A DNA stretch of 64,000 nucleotides from Candidatus Harrisonbacteria bacterium (lineage in GTDB: Bacteria; Patescibacteriota; Minisyncoccia; UBA6257; WO2-44-18): assembly GCA_016182295.1 (NCBI GenBank), contig JACOXP010000005.1:4926-68925 (forward strand), in the 5' to 3' direction. Below are positions 17,837 through 26,664 of the stretch, one piece after another. Positions within the stretch are counted from its first letter, which is position 1. Each line of letters starts with the position of its first letter. A model generated the notes under the pieces. That model had not been told where the DNA came from. It ran no database searches and saw nothing but the letters and a program-made list of their open reading frames with translations. The position numbers and the translations under genes are program-made.

Positions 17837-17895
17837 CATCGAATAAATTGGTATCCTTGAAACAGAAAGGGATTCCTCCTCCCTGTCCCGGAACA
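17823..17895 (+). repeat. 16-nt direct repeat of the tRNA-Gln 3' end (TCCCTGTCCCGGAACA)
   Basis: Copies at 17823-17838 and 17880-17895 separated by 41 nt; a third copy at 4339-4354. Confidence 0.8.
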
Positions 17896-17904
17896 AAATA
17901 TAAA

Positions 17905-18813
17905 CTAAATTTTAAGGTAACGGCGGACGGCGATTGTCGCCGAAATCGAACCCAGAAGTATTCCGAAAGCGAGGTTATAGGTTAGAAATTGAGGCCAGCG
18001 ATCAAAGAAATAGGCCGTCAGAGAAAGCTCCGGAATGAAAACATCCGCGTACGGAGCCGCCAGTATTATAATCGGACTGGCAATCAACAAACTGATGACG
18101 CCTCCAAGTAAGCCATAAATGATTCCCGCCACCACGTAAGGCCCGTGTATGAATTTATTGGCCGCTCCCACTAAACGCATAATTCCTATTTCTTCGCGGT
18201 TTGAGTAAATAACCAGCCGAATCGTGTTGAAAGTTACCAAAATCGCCACCAGGGAAAGAAATATGGTTACCGCGAGACCGGTGTTGCGAATGGTGTCTAT
18301 AATGCGCGCCAAGCGCTCGATAGCCAAACGTGTCTGGGTATAATTTACTTTATCAATAATGTCAGAGAGATTTTCAGTGGTTAAGTATTCAGCAATGTTG
18401 GCATATTGGTCGGGATTTCGAGCTTTGATATTAAGCGAAGCAAGCAGCGGATTTGATTGAAGCTCTTCCAACGCTTGTTGAATAGTTGGATCATCTTTGT
18501 GCTGATCTTTGAAAATCGAAAGCGCTTTATCCTGCGAAACATATTCTATCGCTTTTACCTCCGGTAATTTTTCCATCACGCGCGCCAATTCAAGAATTTG
18601 ATCTTCCGGCGCTTCTGATTTGAAATACACGCTGATGTCTATTTTGTCTTGGAGCGAAGCGGTCGCCGTGTTAGCAGCGACTCCGAAAACCAAAAGGCCA
18701 TTGAACACCAACAGCGCCAACACCAAAACAGATATCGTTGTAGCCGAAAGAAGCGCGTTGCGAGAGAAATTTTGAAAACCGAATTTTAATATTCTAAAGA
18801 ATGTAGTGGCCAT
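17905..18813 (-). CDS. ftsX: Cell division permease FtsX
   Basis: 4 TM helices; NTIRLVIYSNREEIGIMRLVGA; next to ftsE. Confidence 0.95.
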   Translation of the reverse strand: MATTFFRILKFGFQNFSRNALLSATTISVLVLALLVFNGLLVFGVAANTATASLQDKIDISVYFKSEAPEDQILELARVMEKLPEVKAIEYVSQDKALSIFKDQHKDDPTIQQALEELQSNPLLASLNIKARNPDQYANIAEYLTTENLSDIIDKVNYTQTRLAIERLARIIDTIRNTGLAVTIFLSLVAILVTFNTIRLVIYSNREEIGIMRLVGAANKFIHGPYVVAGIIYGLLGGVISLLIASPIIILAAPYADVFIPELSLTAYFFDRWPQFLTYNLAFGILLGSISATIAVRRYLKI

Positions 18814-19474
18814 GTTCCGCGTCGTTTATTAGTTTACCACCTTTAAGGGTGACAACACGACGTTTTAATTTATTGACTATGTCTCGACTGTGGGTGGCTA
18901 AGATTACCGTGGCGCCGAGTTCCTCGTTAATTTTTAAAAGTAAATTAATAATATCTTCAGCGTTTTCATGATCCAAGTTGCCGGTTGGTTCGTCGGCCAC
19001 AACGACCGATGGTCTGTGAATCATCGCTCTGGCAATCGCGACCCGTTGTTTCATTCCGCCGGAAAGTTCGTGGGGAAAATAACTTTGATTATCCGCCAAA
19101 CCAACCAAATCGAGCATTTGCGGGACCAGCTCTTCAATTTCCCACTGCGCTCGCCCCTCAACTTCCAAAGCAAAAGCGACATTTTCGTAAGAAGTTTTAG
19201 TGGGCAGTAATTTAAAATCTTGGAAGACCACCCCGACTTTTTTTCTTAAAGCGGGCATTTCTTCGGGTTCTAGTTTATTAACTTCATAGGGACCAAAAAT
19301 CACCCTGCCTTTCTGCGGCCGATCCTCGCCTATTAAAAGCTTAACGATGGTTGACTTCCCCGCTCCGGAAGGGCCGGTGAGAGAAACAAATTCGCCCGGC
19401 GAGATTTTAAAGCTTACGTTTTCAAGGACGGGTTTACCGTTATAAGACTTAGTGACGTTGTGAAAAGCTATCAC
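18794..19474 (-). CDS. ftsE: Cell division ATP-binding protein FtsE
   Basis: GPSGAGKST, GVVFQDFKLL, LSGGMKQRVAIARA and ADEPTGNLD. Confidence 0.95.
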   Translation of the reverse strand: MIAFHNVTKSYNGKPVLENVSFKISPGEFVSLTGPSGAGKSTIVKLLIGEDRPQKGRVIFGPYEVNKLEPEEMPALRKKVGVVFQDFKLLPTKTSYENVAFALEVEGRAQWEIEELVPQMLDLVGLADNQSYFPHELSGGMKQRVAIARAMIHRPSVVVADEPTGNLDHENAEDIINLLLKINEELGATVILATHSRDIVNKLKRRVVTLKGGKLINDAEHGHYIL

Positions 19475-19522
19475 GGCAATGAGTAAATGTTATCTTTTCC
19501 AATTGAAGGCACGACCTTGCCA

Positions 19523-20248
19523 TTATAATTGTAACTCGGCTTCGATGAATTTGTCTAAATCCCCTTCTAAAACCTTGTCCGGCTGGCTGGATTCCGCGCC
19601 CGTCCGATGATCTTTAACTTTTTTGTAAGGGTTGAGGACGTAAGAACGAATTTGACTTCCCCATTCCGGCTTAACTTTGGTTCGAAGCTCGGAAAGCTCT
19701 TTTTTCTGACCGGCAATCATCAGAGTTTTTAATTTTGATTTTAAAAGTGACATAGCTTTTTCTTTATTTTGCGGTTGGGAACGCTCTGACTGAGAAGCGG
19801 CGGCTATACCTGTCGGCAAATGGACAATTCTTACGGCAGTTTCCCTTTTATTTACATTTTGTCCGCCCGGACCGCTGGATCTAGAGGTCTCAATTTTTAA
19901 ATCCTCCGGCGGAATTACCACATCCCTATGTTCGATGTCCTGAAAAATTGGCACAACCTCAACGAGCGCAAAAGAAGTATGACGCAATTTTTTGGCCGAA
20001 AAAGGAGAAATTCTGACTAAGCGGTGCACCCCCATTTCATTTTTGAGAGTTCCGTAAGTAAAATCGCCGCGAATTTCCATTCCGCGATCTTCGGTCGCCA
20101 CCACTTTCCAGCCGCGTTTTTGAACGTATTTAAAATACATTCTAAAAAGCATATTCGCCCAATCTTTGGCGTCTTCGCCGCCAACACCCGCGTAAATAGT
20201 CAGGTGCGCTGGTCCTTGATCGTATTTCCCGCTTAACGCTTTAAACAT
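19523..20248 (-). CDS. prfB: Peptide chain release factor 2, N-terminally truncated (no domain 1)
   Basis: GVHRLVRISPF (SPF specificity motif), GPGGQNVNK and WGSQIRSYV; only 241 aa. Confidence 0.88.
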   Translation of the reverse strand: MFKALSGKYDQGPAHLTIYAGVGGEDAKDWANMLFRMYFKYVQKRGWKVVATEDRGMEIRGDFTYGTLKNEMGVHRLVRISPFSAKKLRHTSFALVEVVPIFQDIEHRDVVIPPEDLKIETSRSSGPGGQNVNKRETAVRIVHLPTGIAAASQSERSQPQNKEKAMSLLKSKLKTLMIAGQKKELSELRTKVKPEWGSQIRSYVLNPYKKVKDHRTGAESSQPDKVLEGDLDKFIEAELQL

Positions 20249-20720
20249 ATTTTTTATAGATTATATCGTCCCCGGCGTTTTTGCCATATAAATCGTCCTT
20301 TCCGGAAATTTGATAATGATTTTTAGTCAAGAAATAACGAATCGATAAATTCTTTGATTTAGCGTCGCATAAAATAAACTTTGACCGAAATTCTCTAACG
20401 CCTTCCGTTTCCGAATTACGCAAAAGGAAACTTGCTATATAGCGGCCCCGTTTATCGGGCCGTACGGTAAGATTTTTAATTTCCAAAGCGTCCGGATGCC
20501 GCTTATGTTTTTGATAAATCGTTACGCCGACGATTTCTTTATTTTCAACAGCGACTAAGGCGCGTTTGGATTCTTTTTTTAATTCCGTATGGACTTTTTG
20601 CGCCCAATCAAAAAAATCAGGATAATCATTCTGGGGAATCCAAAGCCGCGGACCCAAAAGATAACTGATGACCTCATCTATTTTTGAAGCAGGATAATCA
20701 TTTGTGAAGACGAAATTCAT
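20241..20720 (-). CDS. GNAT family acetyltransferase
   Basis: YPDFFDW...IVGVTI...LEIKNLTVRPDKRGRYIASFLL acetyl-CoA motif A. Start set at ATG 20720 because the track's GTG lies inside tRNA-Thr. Confidence 0.8.
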   Translation of the reverse strand: MNFVFTNDYPASKIDEVISYLLGPRLWIPQNDYPDFFDWAQKVHTELKKESKRALVAVENKEIVGVTIYQKHKRHPDALEIKNLTVRPDKRGRYIASFLLRNSETEGVREFRSKFILCDAKSKNLSIRYFLTKNHYQISGKDDLYGKNAGDDIIYKKYV

Positions 20721-20723
20721 TTG

Positions 20724-20795
20724 AGCCACCTCTCGGATTTGAACCGAGGACCTTTCCCTTACGAAGGGACTGCTCTGCCGCTGAGCTAAGGTGGC
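20724..20795 (-). tRNA. tRNA-Thr(CGT)
   Basis: GCCACCT/AGGTGGC acceptor stem, GTCCC-TT-CGT-AA-GGGAA anticodon arm, TTCAAAT T loop. Confidence 0.93.
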
Positions 20796-20849
20796 AACGC
20801 ATTATATTTTGCCAGGTTTTGAAGTAATTTGCAAAAAGTTTTATCTCGG

Positions 20850-20920
20850 AGCGGGCGAGGAGAATCGAACTCCCGTCCGTTGCTTGGGAAGCAACCGTAC
20901 TACCACTGTACTACGCCCGC
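20850..20920 (-). tRNA. tRNA-Gly(CCC)
   Basis: GCGGGCG/CGCCCGC acceptor stem, GTTGC-TT-CCC-AA-GCAAC anticodon arm. Confidence 0.95.
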
Positions 20921-20921
20921 A

Positions 20922-21497
20922 TTAGTCAGAGCTTAGCTTACCTTTATTCCAATTAAATTCCGGCGTCAAGAGAATAACAGAAGCGTTTTTTGCTGTTTCC
21001 GCAAGCCATTCTTCCAAAATTTTTCCCTCGGAAGAAAACTGATTTTCTAAAATTTCCCGTTCCGCCCTAGGCACTAGAATTAATTTTTCGAATTCGGCCA
21101 ACTCCAAACCATAAAGCAGTTTAGCCGCTTCCTCAATTTTTGATAAATCCCCGCTGTTATTTAAACGTTCTTGAATTAAAACCGAAAGCTGTCCGCCAAT
21201 TTGTTTATTTAATTCTTGTCGTATGAGGGTTTTTTCAATAATGTCCTGCAGGGAAGCCCGCCTCAACTCCTTTTTGAAGTTATTGCTTTTCACGTTGATT
21301 CCGTTTTGCTCAGCTAAAATACGCGAATAGTATTGATAAGCCACGATAAATTCGCGATCCAAAGACCGGGCGATGATAATTTGAGAATTTACAATCGCCA
21401 CCGGGTAGTATCCCGATCGAACCACAAAATAACTTGCGAGACCGACAAAAATTAAAGCTAGAAAACCGATAACAAATTTGTTTAGCTGATCTTTCAT
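20922..21497 (-). CDS. Membrane-anchored SurA/PrsA N-terminal-like chaperone domain protein
   Basis: TM helix then YYPVAIVNSQII...LQDIIEKTLIRQE; no parvulin domain visible. Confidence 0.7.
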   Translation of the reverse strand: MKDQLNKFVIGFLALIFVGLASYFVVRSGYYPVAIVNSQIIIARSLDREFIVAYQYYSRILAEQNGINVKSNNFKKELRRASLQDIIEKTLIRQELNKQIGGQLSVLIQERLNNSGDLSKIEEAAKLLYGLELAEFEKLILVPRAEREILENQFSSEGKILEEWLAETAKNASVILLTPEFNWNKGKLSSD

Positions 21498-21503
21498 AAT
21501 GGG

Positions 21504-21761
21504 TTATTGAATTTTAATAAGAGTTTCGCCGGGACGTTTATAGTCGAATTTTGATTTTAATTCCTTTTCCAGATTTTCCGGAACGGAATAATATTCCAGA
21601 TCATCTTTAAGTTGTTGATTTTCGGTCCGCAGGGCCCCCAGTTCATTTTTGGCGTTTTCTAAAATATCCGCCAGAGACAAGTTATTCATATAAGTGCGAA
21701 CTAACTGAACGCTTAAAAAACCGAAAATCACCATTACCGCCAACCAGACAATCCACCGCAT
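21504..21761 (-). CDS. Septum formation initiator (FtsB/DivIC-like)
   Basis: TM helix plus coiled coil plus LEKELKSKFDYKRPGE. Confidence 0.85.
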   Translation of the reverse strand: MRWIVWLAVMVIFGFLSVQLVRTYMNNLSLADILENAKNELGALRTENQQLKDDLEYYSVPENLEKELKSKFDYKRPGETLIKIQ

Positions 21762-21773
21762 AATTTTATTCTA

Positions 21774-23549
21774 CTACTTCTTTAATAATTCCTTAAATAC
21801 GTGAGCGGGAATTTTAATTTGCGATTTTTCCGCCATTGCTTTAAGTTTTTTCTTGCCTTTTTGCTGTTTTTTCCAAAGCTTCATTTTTCGAGTGCGGTCT
21901 CCGCCGTAAAGATAGCCGGTTACGTCCTTTTTGAGCGCCGGGACGTTTTCGCGAGCAATAATTCGCCCGCCGGCGGTTACTTGAATCGCCTGCATAAATT
22001 GCTGGCGGGGCAAGAGATTTTTCAATGTTTCAGCGGTGAATCGTGCTTCTCGCTCAATGTCTTTTTTGGGCAAAATCCTGGTTAATCCGGGCACCACTTG
22101 CCCAGCCACCACAACTTCTACTTTTGCTAGATCGGCTCGTTCATAACCGGATATTTCGTAATAGAACGAAGCAAAGCCCTGCGAAATTGATTTTAATTTA
22201 TCGTCAAAGTCCCGGATTAGATCGGCCAGCGGCAATTTCGCTCGAACCAACATCTTGTTTTTAAATGTTTCGGTTGTTAAGTCGGAAATTCTAAAAATTT
22301 CTTTAAGTTGCAAAATTCCGCCGAGATATTGAGGTGGTGTGACAATTTCTATTTTCGTAACCGGCTCTTCTACCTGGTTGTATTCGTTGGGAAAATCTTT
22401 TGGGTTAGTAATTAAGACGCCGTCAACTTTGTAAGCCACTGATGGGAAGCTATGAACAGTAGATATTTGGAATTCCTTTTCCAGCCGTTCCGCGGTGATC
22501 TCAAAATGGAGCCTTCCCAGAAATCCACCCTTAAATCCTCTACCCAAAACTTCGCTGGAATCCGCTTCGAAGGTTAGCGCCGAGTCAGTCAATTTTAATT
22601 TTCCAAGCGCCTGTTTGAATTCGTCGTAATTATCGGTCTCTTCCGGATAAAAAGACACGAACACAACTGGTTTTGGTTCCTGATACCCCGGCAAGGCTTT
22701 CTCTTTTGAGTTTTGGAGAATGAGGGTGTCCCCGATTTTTAGCTGGTCTGGGTTTTTAATGCCGGTAGCGATATAGCCGATCATTCCTTCGCCGATTTCT
22801 TGGCAAGTTTTAAAAGCCGGAGCGAAATAACCAATTTCTTTTGCCTTTGCTCTGGCTTCAGTAGCGAGAAAACCGACATCGTCATTAGTTTTAAAACTTC
22901 CGTTGAAAACACGGATAAAAGCGATAATGCCCTTATGTTCGTCGTACAAGGAATCAAAAACAAGCGCGCGGGAATGATTCTTGATCGGTGAACCGTAATT
23001 GAGATTTTTCGGAGGAGGAATTTCGCGAACAATTGTTTCTAAAAGTTCGGGGACTCCATCGCCGGTTTTTCCGGAAACCTTCAATATTTTTTCAGGTTCG
23101 ATGTTTAATAATTCGGCTAAATCGCCGATGCTATTTTCTATTTGCTCGGGAGCGGCGACATCAATTTTATTAACGGCCCCGATAATCTTCAGCCCTGATT
23201 TTTTCGCGGATTCAAAATTCGCGAGCGTTTGCGCTTGAATGCCTTGGGTTGCGTCAACGAGCAGTACCGCGCCTTCAACAGCCGCCAGCGCTCGCGAGAC
23301 CTCGTAGGCAAAATCCGAGTGGCCCGGCGTGTCTATTAAATTTAAAATGTAGTTTTTATATTTCATTCGGACCGGGGCCATTTTAATAGTTATGCCGCGT
23401 TCTCGTTCAAGTTCCAATTGGTCAAGGTATTGCGGTTTCATCAGTCGTTTTTCGACAGTGCCAGTGCTTTCCAAAAGCCGATCGGCGAGAGTCGACTTTC
23501 CATGATCAACGTGGGCAGTTATGACGAAGTTTCTGATATTTGAGTCCAT
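21774..23549 (-). CDS. lepA: Elongation factor 4 (LepA)
   Basis: IRNFVITAHVDHGKSTLADR, ERERGITIK, DTPGH and YGGDRTRKMKL. Confidence 0.97.
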   Translation of the reverse strand: MDSNIRNFVITAHVDHGKSTLADRLLESTGTVEKRLMKPQYLDQLELERERGITIKMAPVRMKYKNYILNLIDTPGHSDFAYEVSRALAAVEGAVLLVDATQGIQAQTLANFESAKKSGLKIIGAVNKIDVAAPEQIENSIGDLAELLNIEPEKILKVSGKTGDGVPELLETIVREIPPPKNLNYGSPIKNHSRALVFDSLYDEHKGIIAFIRVFNGSFKTNDDVGFLATEARAKAKEIGYFAPAFKTCQEIGEGMIGYIATGIKNPDQLKIGDTLILQNSKEKALPGYQEPKPVVFVSFYPEETDNYDEFKQALGKLKLTDSALTFEADSSEVLGRGFKGGFLGRLHFEITAERLEKEFQISTVHSFPSVAYKVDGVLITNPKDFPNEYNQVEEPVTKIEIVTPPQYLGGILQLKEIFRISDLTTETFKNKMLVRAKLPLADLIRDFDDKLKSISQGFASFYYEISGYERADLAKVEVVVAGQVVPGLTRILPKKDIEREARFTAETLKNLLPRQQFMQAIQVTAGGRIIARENVPALKKDVTGYLYGGDRTRKMKLWKKQQKGKKKLKAMAEKSQIKIPAHVFKELLKK

Positions 23550-23572
23550 ATTGGTATAATATAAAGTAACTT

Positions 23573-25876
23573 ATGCAAACAGGCGAGGTAAAGCTGGCTA
23601 GAACCCTTGGTTTAGGATCTATCGTATTGCTAGGCATCGGAGCTCTGTTGGGAGGCGGTATCTTTACCCTTTTGGGTCCCGCTGCCGGTCTGGCTGGTCC
23701 CGGCCTTTTTTTAGCAATGATTTTAGGCGCTGGAGTCGCCTTTTTAAACTTGCAAATGTATATCGCTTTGGGCACCACCTTTCCGGAGGCCGGCGGCGGA
23801 TATCTTTGGGTGCGTAAGGGTCTTGGAAACTTTCAAGGTTTTCTTGCTGGTTGGATGAGCTGGTTCGCTCATACCGCCGCGGCTGGATTATATGCTTTAA
23901 GTTTTGGGTTTTACGCCAAGGAAGTCGCCATTTTAATTTCTTCAGAAGTTTTATCATCCGGATTACCTTGGGAAAAAATCTTTTCCGTGGCGGTAGTTAT
24001 TTTATTTGGATACATTCATTGGCGCGGCGCCAAAACCAGCGGCATTACCGGGAATGTAATAGCTATTTTACTTTTAATAGTGCTTGGACTTTTTGTGATT
24101 TTTGGTAGTTTAAAAATGATTTCGGATCCGGTGCCAACATCAGAAAATTTCATGCCTCTTTTACCGTCCGGAATTTTAGGAATTATCGCCGCGGCCAGTT
24201 TTTTTTACATCGCTTTTGAAGGTTCGGAGATTCAAGTGCAAGCTGGCGAAGAAACCCGAAATCCCCAAAGGACAATCAAACGGGGACTTTTTTACTCTTG
24301 GGGAATAGTCAGCGCCTTGTATATCTTAATTTCTATAGTAATTATTGGCGCGACTCGCGATGGAGGCCCCGTTTACCAGGTACTTTCCGGTTGGGGTGAA
24401 GGCGCTGTTGCGCTTTCCGCCCAAACTTTTATGCCATTGGGCCGATTTATTTTAATAATCGGTGGTCTGTTTGCAAACCTAGCGGCTCTCAACGCGACCA
24501 TTTATTCTTCAAGTCGTGTTTCTTTCGCGTTAGCCAGGGATAAAAATATTTGGTCAAAATTAGCCGAGATTCATTTAAAAAATCTTACCCCGTACCTCGC
24601 TGTCATTATTTCATCGCTGTTGATAATAGCGATGGTGATTTTTTTGCCGATTTTCAGCGTCGCTAGCGTTGCCAGTTTGCTGTTCATTCTTCTTTTTATG
24701 CAGCTTAATATCGCCGGCATTCGTATTCATTACAAATGGCCGGATATCAAATGGTATTATAAAATACCGTTTTTTCCGGTCATTCCACTGGTTGCTGTTG
24801 TTATTTATGGTTTGCTTGCCCTAACAATGCTCCAAGTTAATTTTATTGCTTGGATTGTTGCTATTTTTTGGCTGCTTATCGGTTTTATTAATTATTTTGC
24901 GTATGCCGACACGGTTAGTCGTGAAGAATTTGAAACCAGTATTGTCTATGAAGAAACTGTCAGGATTGGGCCAAAAAAAGGCAAAAGAATTCTTTTGCCG
25001 CTTGCCCCGTATCTCACAGAGGAAGAAATAAAAAATTTAAGCGAAATGGCTTTTTCTCTCACGAGCAAGTTTGACGGCGAATTAGTCATAGTAAGAATTC
25101 ATGAAATTCCTCACGCTTTACCGCTGGATCAGTCAACGCTTAATCAAAAAACTATCGAGGATGAGAAAAAACTTTTTGAAAAATTGGAAGATTGGGTCAA
25201 GGAATACAACGACAAGACCGGACCGGAGATAAAAGACATAAATTTTCATAGTTTAATTTTAGTCGGTCGAGATATTGTAGATGTGATCTTAGACACTATC
25301 AAGCAAGAAGAATGCGATATGCTGATTTTAAATTGGTACGGATACACGCAAACTAAGGGAGTTATTTTGTCTAGTAAAATTGACCGAATTTTGCGGGAAT
25401 CGGAATGCGATCTTTTGGTTATTAAAGATCCCCAGCCGCCAAAATCGATACTTATCGCCGCCCACCCGTCCGCGGGTAGCCCCTATTTAGATCTTATCGG
25501 CGCTTTGGCAAACGGCATCTCCGTTTTTTATAAAGCAAAACTCAAATTATACAGCATGATTCCCGGTAATATCCCGTCATATTTCAAACCCAATCCCACT
25601 GAAATTCTCAAGGCCCTAAAACTCAAGAAAAAAGATTTTGACGAAGTTGATATCGTCGGAGGCAAATCCATTGCCACCGGCATCCTTGAAAAAGCGAAGG
25701 AAAACGACCTGATTATTATTGGTTCGGCGCGCCCGAGATTTCTTTCGGAATTTAAGTTGGGTGGAGTCGCGGAAACTTTGGCTAAACACGCTACCAGTTC
25801 TCTCCTAATTGTCAGGGGTCACGAAGGAGCCGCTGAAGCGTTTATTAAAAGAATGCTAATGAAATTGCGGCCATAA
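23573..25876 (+). CDS. APC-family amino acid permease with C-terminal universal stress protein domains
   Basis: About 12 TM helices with GGGIF, PEAGGGY and FEG; C-terminal CDMLILNW...CDLLVIK and DLIIIGS...G..AETLAKH USP motifs. Confidence 0.9.
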   Translation: MQTGEVKLARTLGLGSIVLLGIGALLGGGIFTLLGPAAGLAGPGLFLAMILGAGVAFLNLQMYIALGTTFPEAGGGYLWVRKGLGNFQGFLAGWMSWFAHTAAAGLYALSFGFYAKEVAILISSEVLSSGLPWEKIFSVAVVILFGYIHWRGAKTSGITGNVIAILLLIVLGLFVIFGSLKMISDPVPTSENFMPLLPSGILGIIAAASFFYIAFEGSEIQVQAGEETRNPQRTIKRGLFYSWGIVSALYILISIVIIGATRDGGPVYQVLSGWGEGAVALSAQTFMPLGRFILIIGGLFANLAALNATIYSSSRVSFALARDKNIWSKLAEIHLKNLTPYLAVIISSLLIIAMVIFLPIFSVASVASLLFILLFMQLNIAGIRIHYKWPDIKWYYKIPFFPVIPLVAVVIYGLLALTMLQVNFIAWIVAIFWLLIGFINYFAYADTVSREEFETSIVYEETVRIGPKKGKRILLPLAPYLTEEEIKNLSEMAFSLTSKFDGELVIVRIHEIPHALPLDQSTLNQKTIEDEKKLFEKLEDWVKEYNDKTGPEIKDINFHSLILVGRDIVDVILDTIKQEECDMLILNWYGYTQTKGVILSSKIDRILRESECDLLVIKDPQPPKSILIAAHPSAGSPYLDLIGALANGISVFYKAKLKLYSMIPGNIPSYFKPNPTEILKALKLKKKDFDEVDIVGGKSIATGILEKAKENDLIIIGSARPRFLSEFKLGGVAETLAKHATSSLLIVRGHEGAAEAFIKRMLMKLRP

Positions 25877-25907
25877 AAAAATCGCCCCCGATTAGGAGCG
25901 ATTTTTT
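25875..25907. terminator. Bidirectional terminator
   Basis: AAAAAAATCGC...GCGATTTTTT between convergent genes. Confidence 0.65.
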
Positions 25908-25910
25908 AAC

Positions 25911-26126
25911 TTATTGGCCGTCGGACGTACAGACCGCGCAGTTGGTGCAGTCCATCTTGATGGGAGTCGATAAAACCCCCAGGGTTAAAGCTGTCCAGAA
26001 CCAGGCCAATGGCTCCAGTCCCAAAACGAGCTGTTTTCCAATAATTCCAATCCAAGCAAGGACTAACGATACGACAGCAACCAGCCAGAGCCCTTTCCAA
26101 AGCCAACATTTTAAGTGCCTCTTCAT
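25911..26126 (-). CDS. Small 2-TM protein with C-terminal CxxCxxC
   Basis: 71 aa from ATG 26126 (MKRHLKCWLWKG...DCTNCAVCTSDGQ); TGCTATAAT upstream. Confidence 0.65.
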   Translation of the reverse strand: MKRHLKCWLWKGLWLVAVVSLVLAWIGIIGKQLVLGLEPLAWFWTALTLGVLSTPIKMDCTNCAVCTSDGQ

Positions 26127-26193
26127 TAAAATAATGGATATCAATTTAACGACCTTTAGTCGATACAATAATTATAGCAAATCGGTTTCAAAA

Positions 26194-26664
26194 TTAATTC
26201 CTTTCGTCCTCGGCGTATAGAAATTCAAAATCGATTTTTTTGTATTCGAAAAGCTCTTCTCGTTTAAAAAATCTTTTAATTTCCTCCTCGGGACTTTCCG
26301 ATGGATCGGAAGCATGTACTAAATTGGCTTGCTGACTCATTCCGAAATCGCCTCTAATAGTGCCGGGGTCCGCTTCATATCCTCTGGTTTGGCCAACGAT
26401 ATAGCGCACTGTCGAGACCGCCTTAATGCCGGAAAGCGCCATAGCAATGACCGGAGAAGATGACATAAACCGTTTTAAGCCGGCAAAAAACGGCTTATCG
26501 GCGTATTTGCCATAATGTTCTTTTAAAAGTACGTCATCCAAGCGCACCATCTTCATTCCGATGATTTTCAAACCTTTGCGCTCAAATCTCGTGACAATTT
26601 CGCCTAAAAGGTTGCGCTGTAACGCGTCCGGTTTTATTAAAACTAACGTTCGTTCCTCCTTCAT
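26194..26664 (-). CDS. ndk: Nucleoside diphosphate kinase
   Basis: ERTLVLIKPDA, PGTIRGDF and NLVHASD. Confidence 0.97.
   Translation of the reverse strand: MKEERTLVLIKPDALQRNLLGEIVTRFERKGLKIIGMKMVRLDDVLLKEHYGKYADKPFFAGLKRFMSSSPVIAMALSGIKAVSTVRYIVGQTRGYEADPGTIRGDFGMSQQANLVHASDPSESPEEEIKRFFKREELFEYKKIDFEFLYAEDERN

Noticed and set aside
17823-17895. Mini CRISPR array
   Set aside because: Only two 16-nt repeats, which are the tRNA 3' end, and no cas genes.
20249-20720. A frameshifted 5' segment of prfB upstream
   Set aside because: There is no CTT-TGA site, an in-frame TAA lies just upstream, and the region encodes a GNAT.
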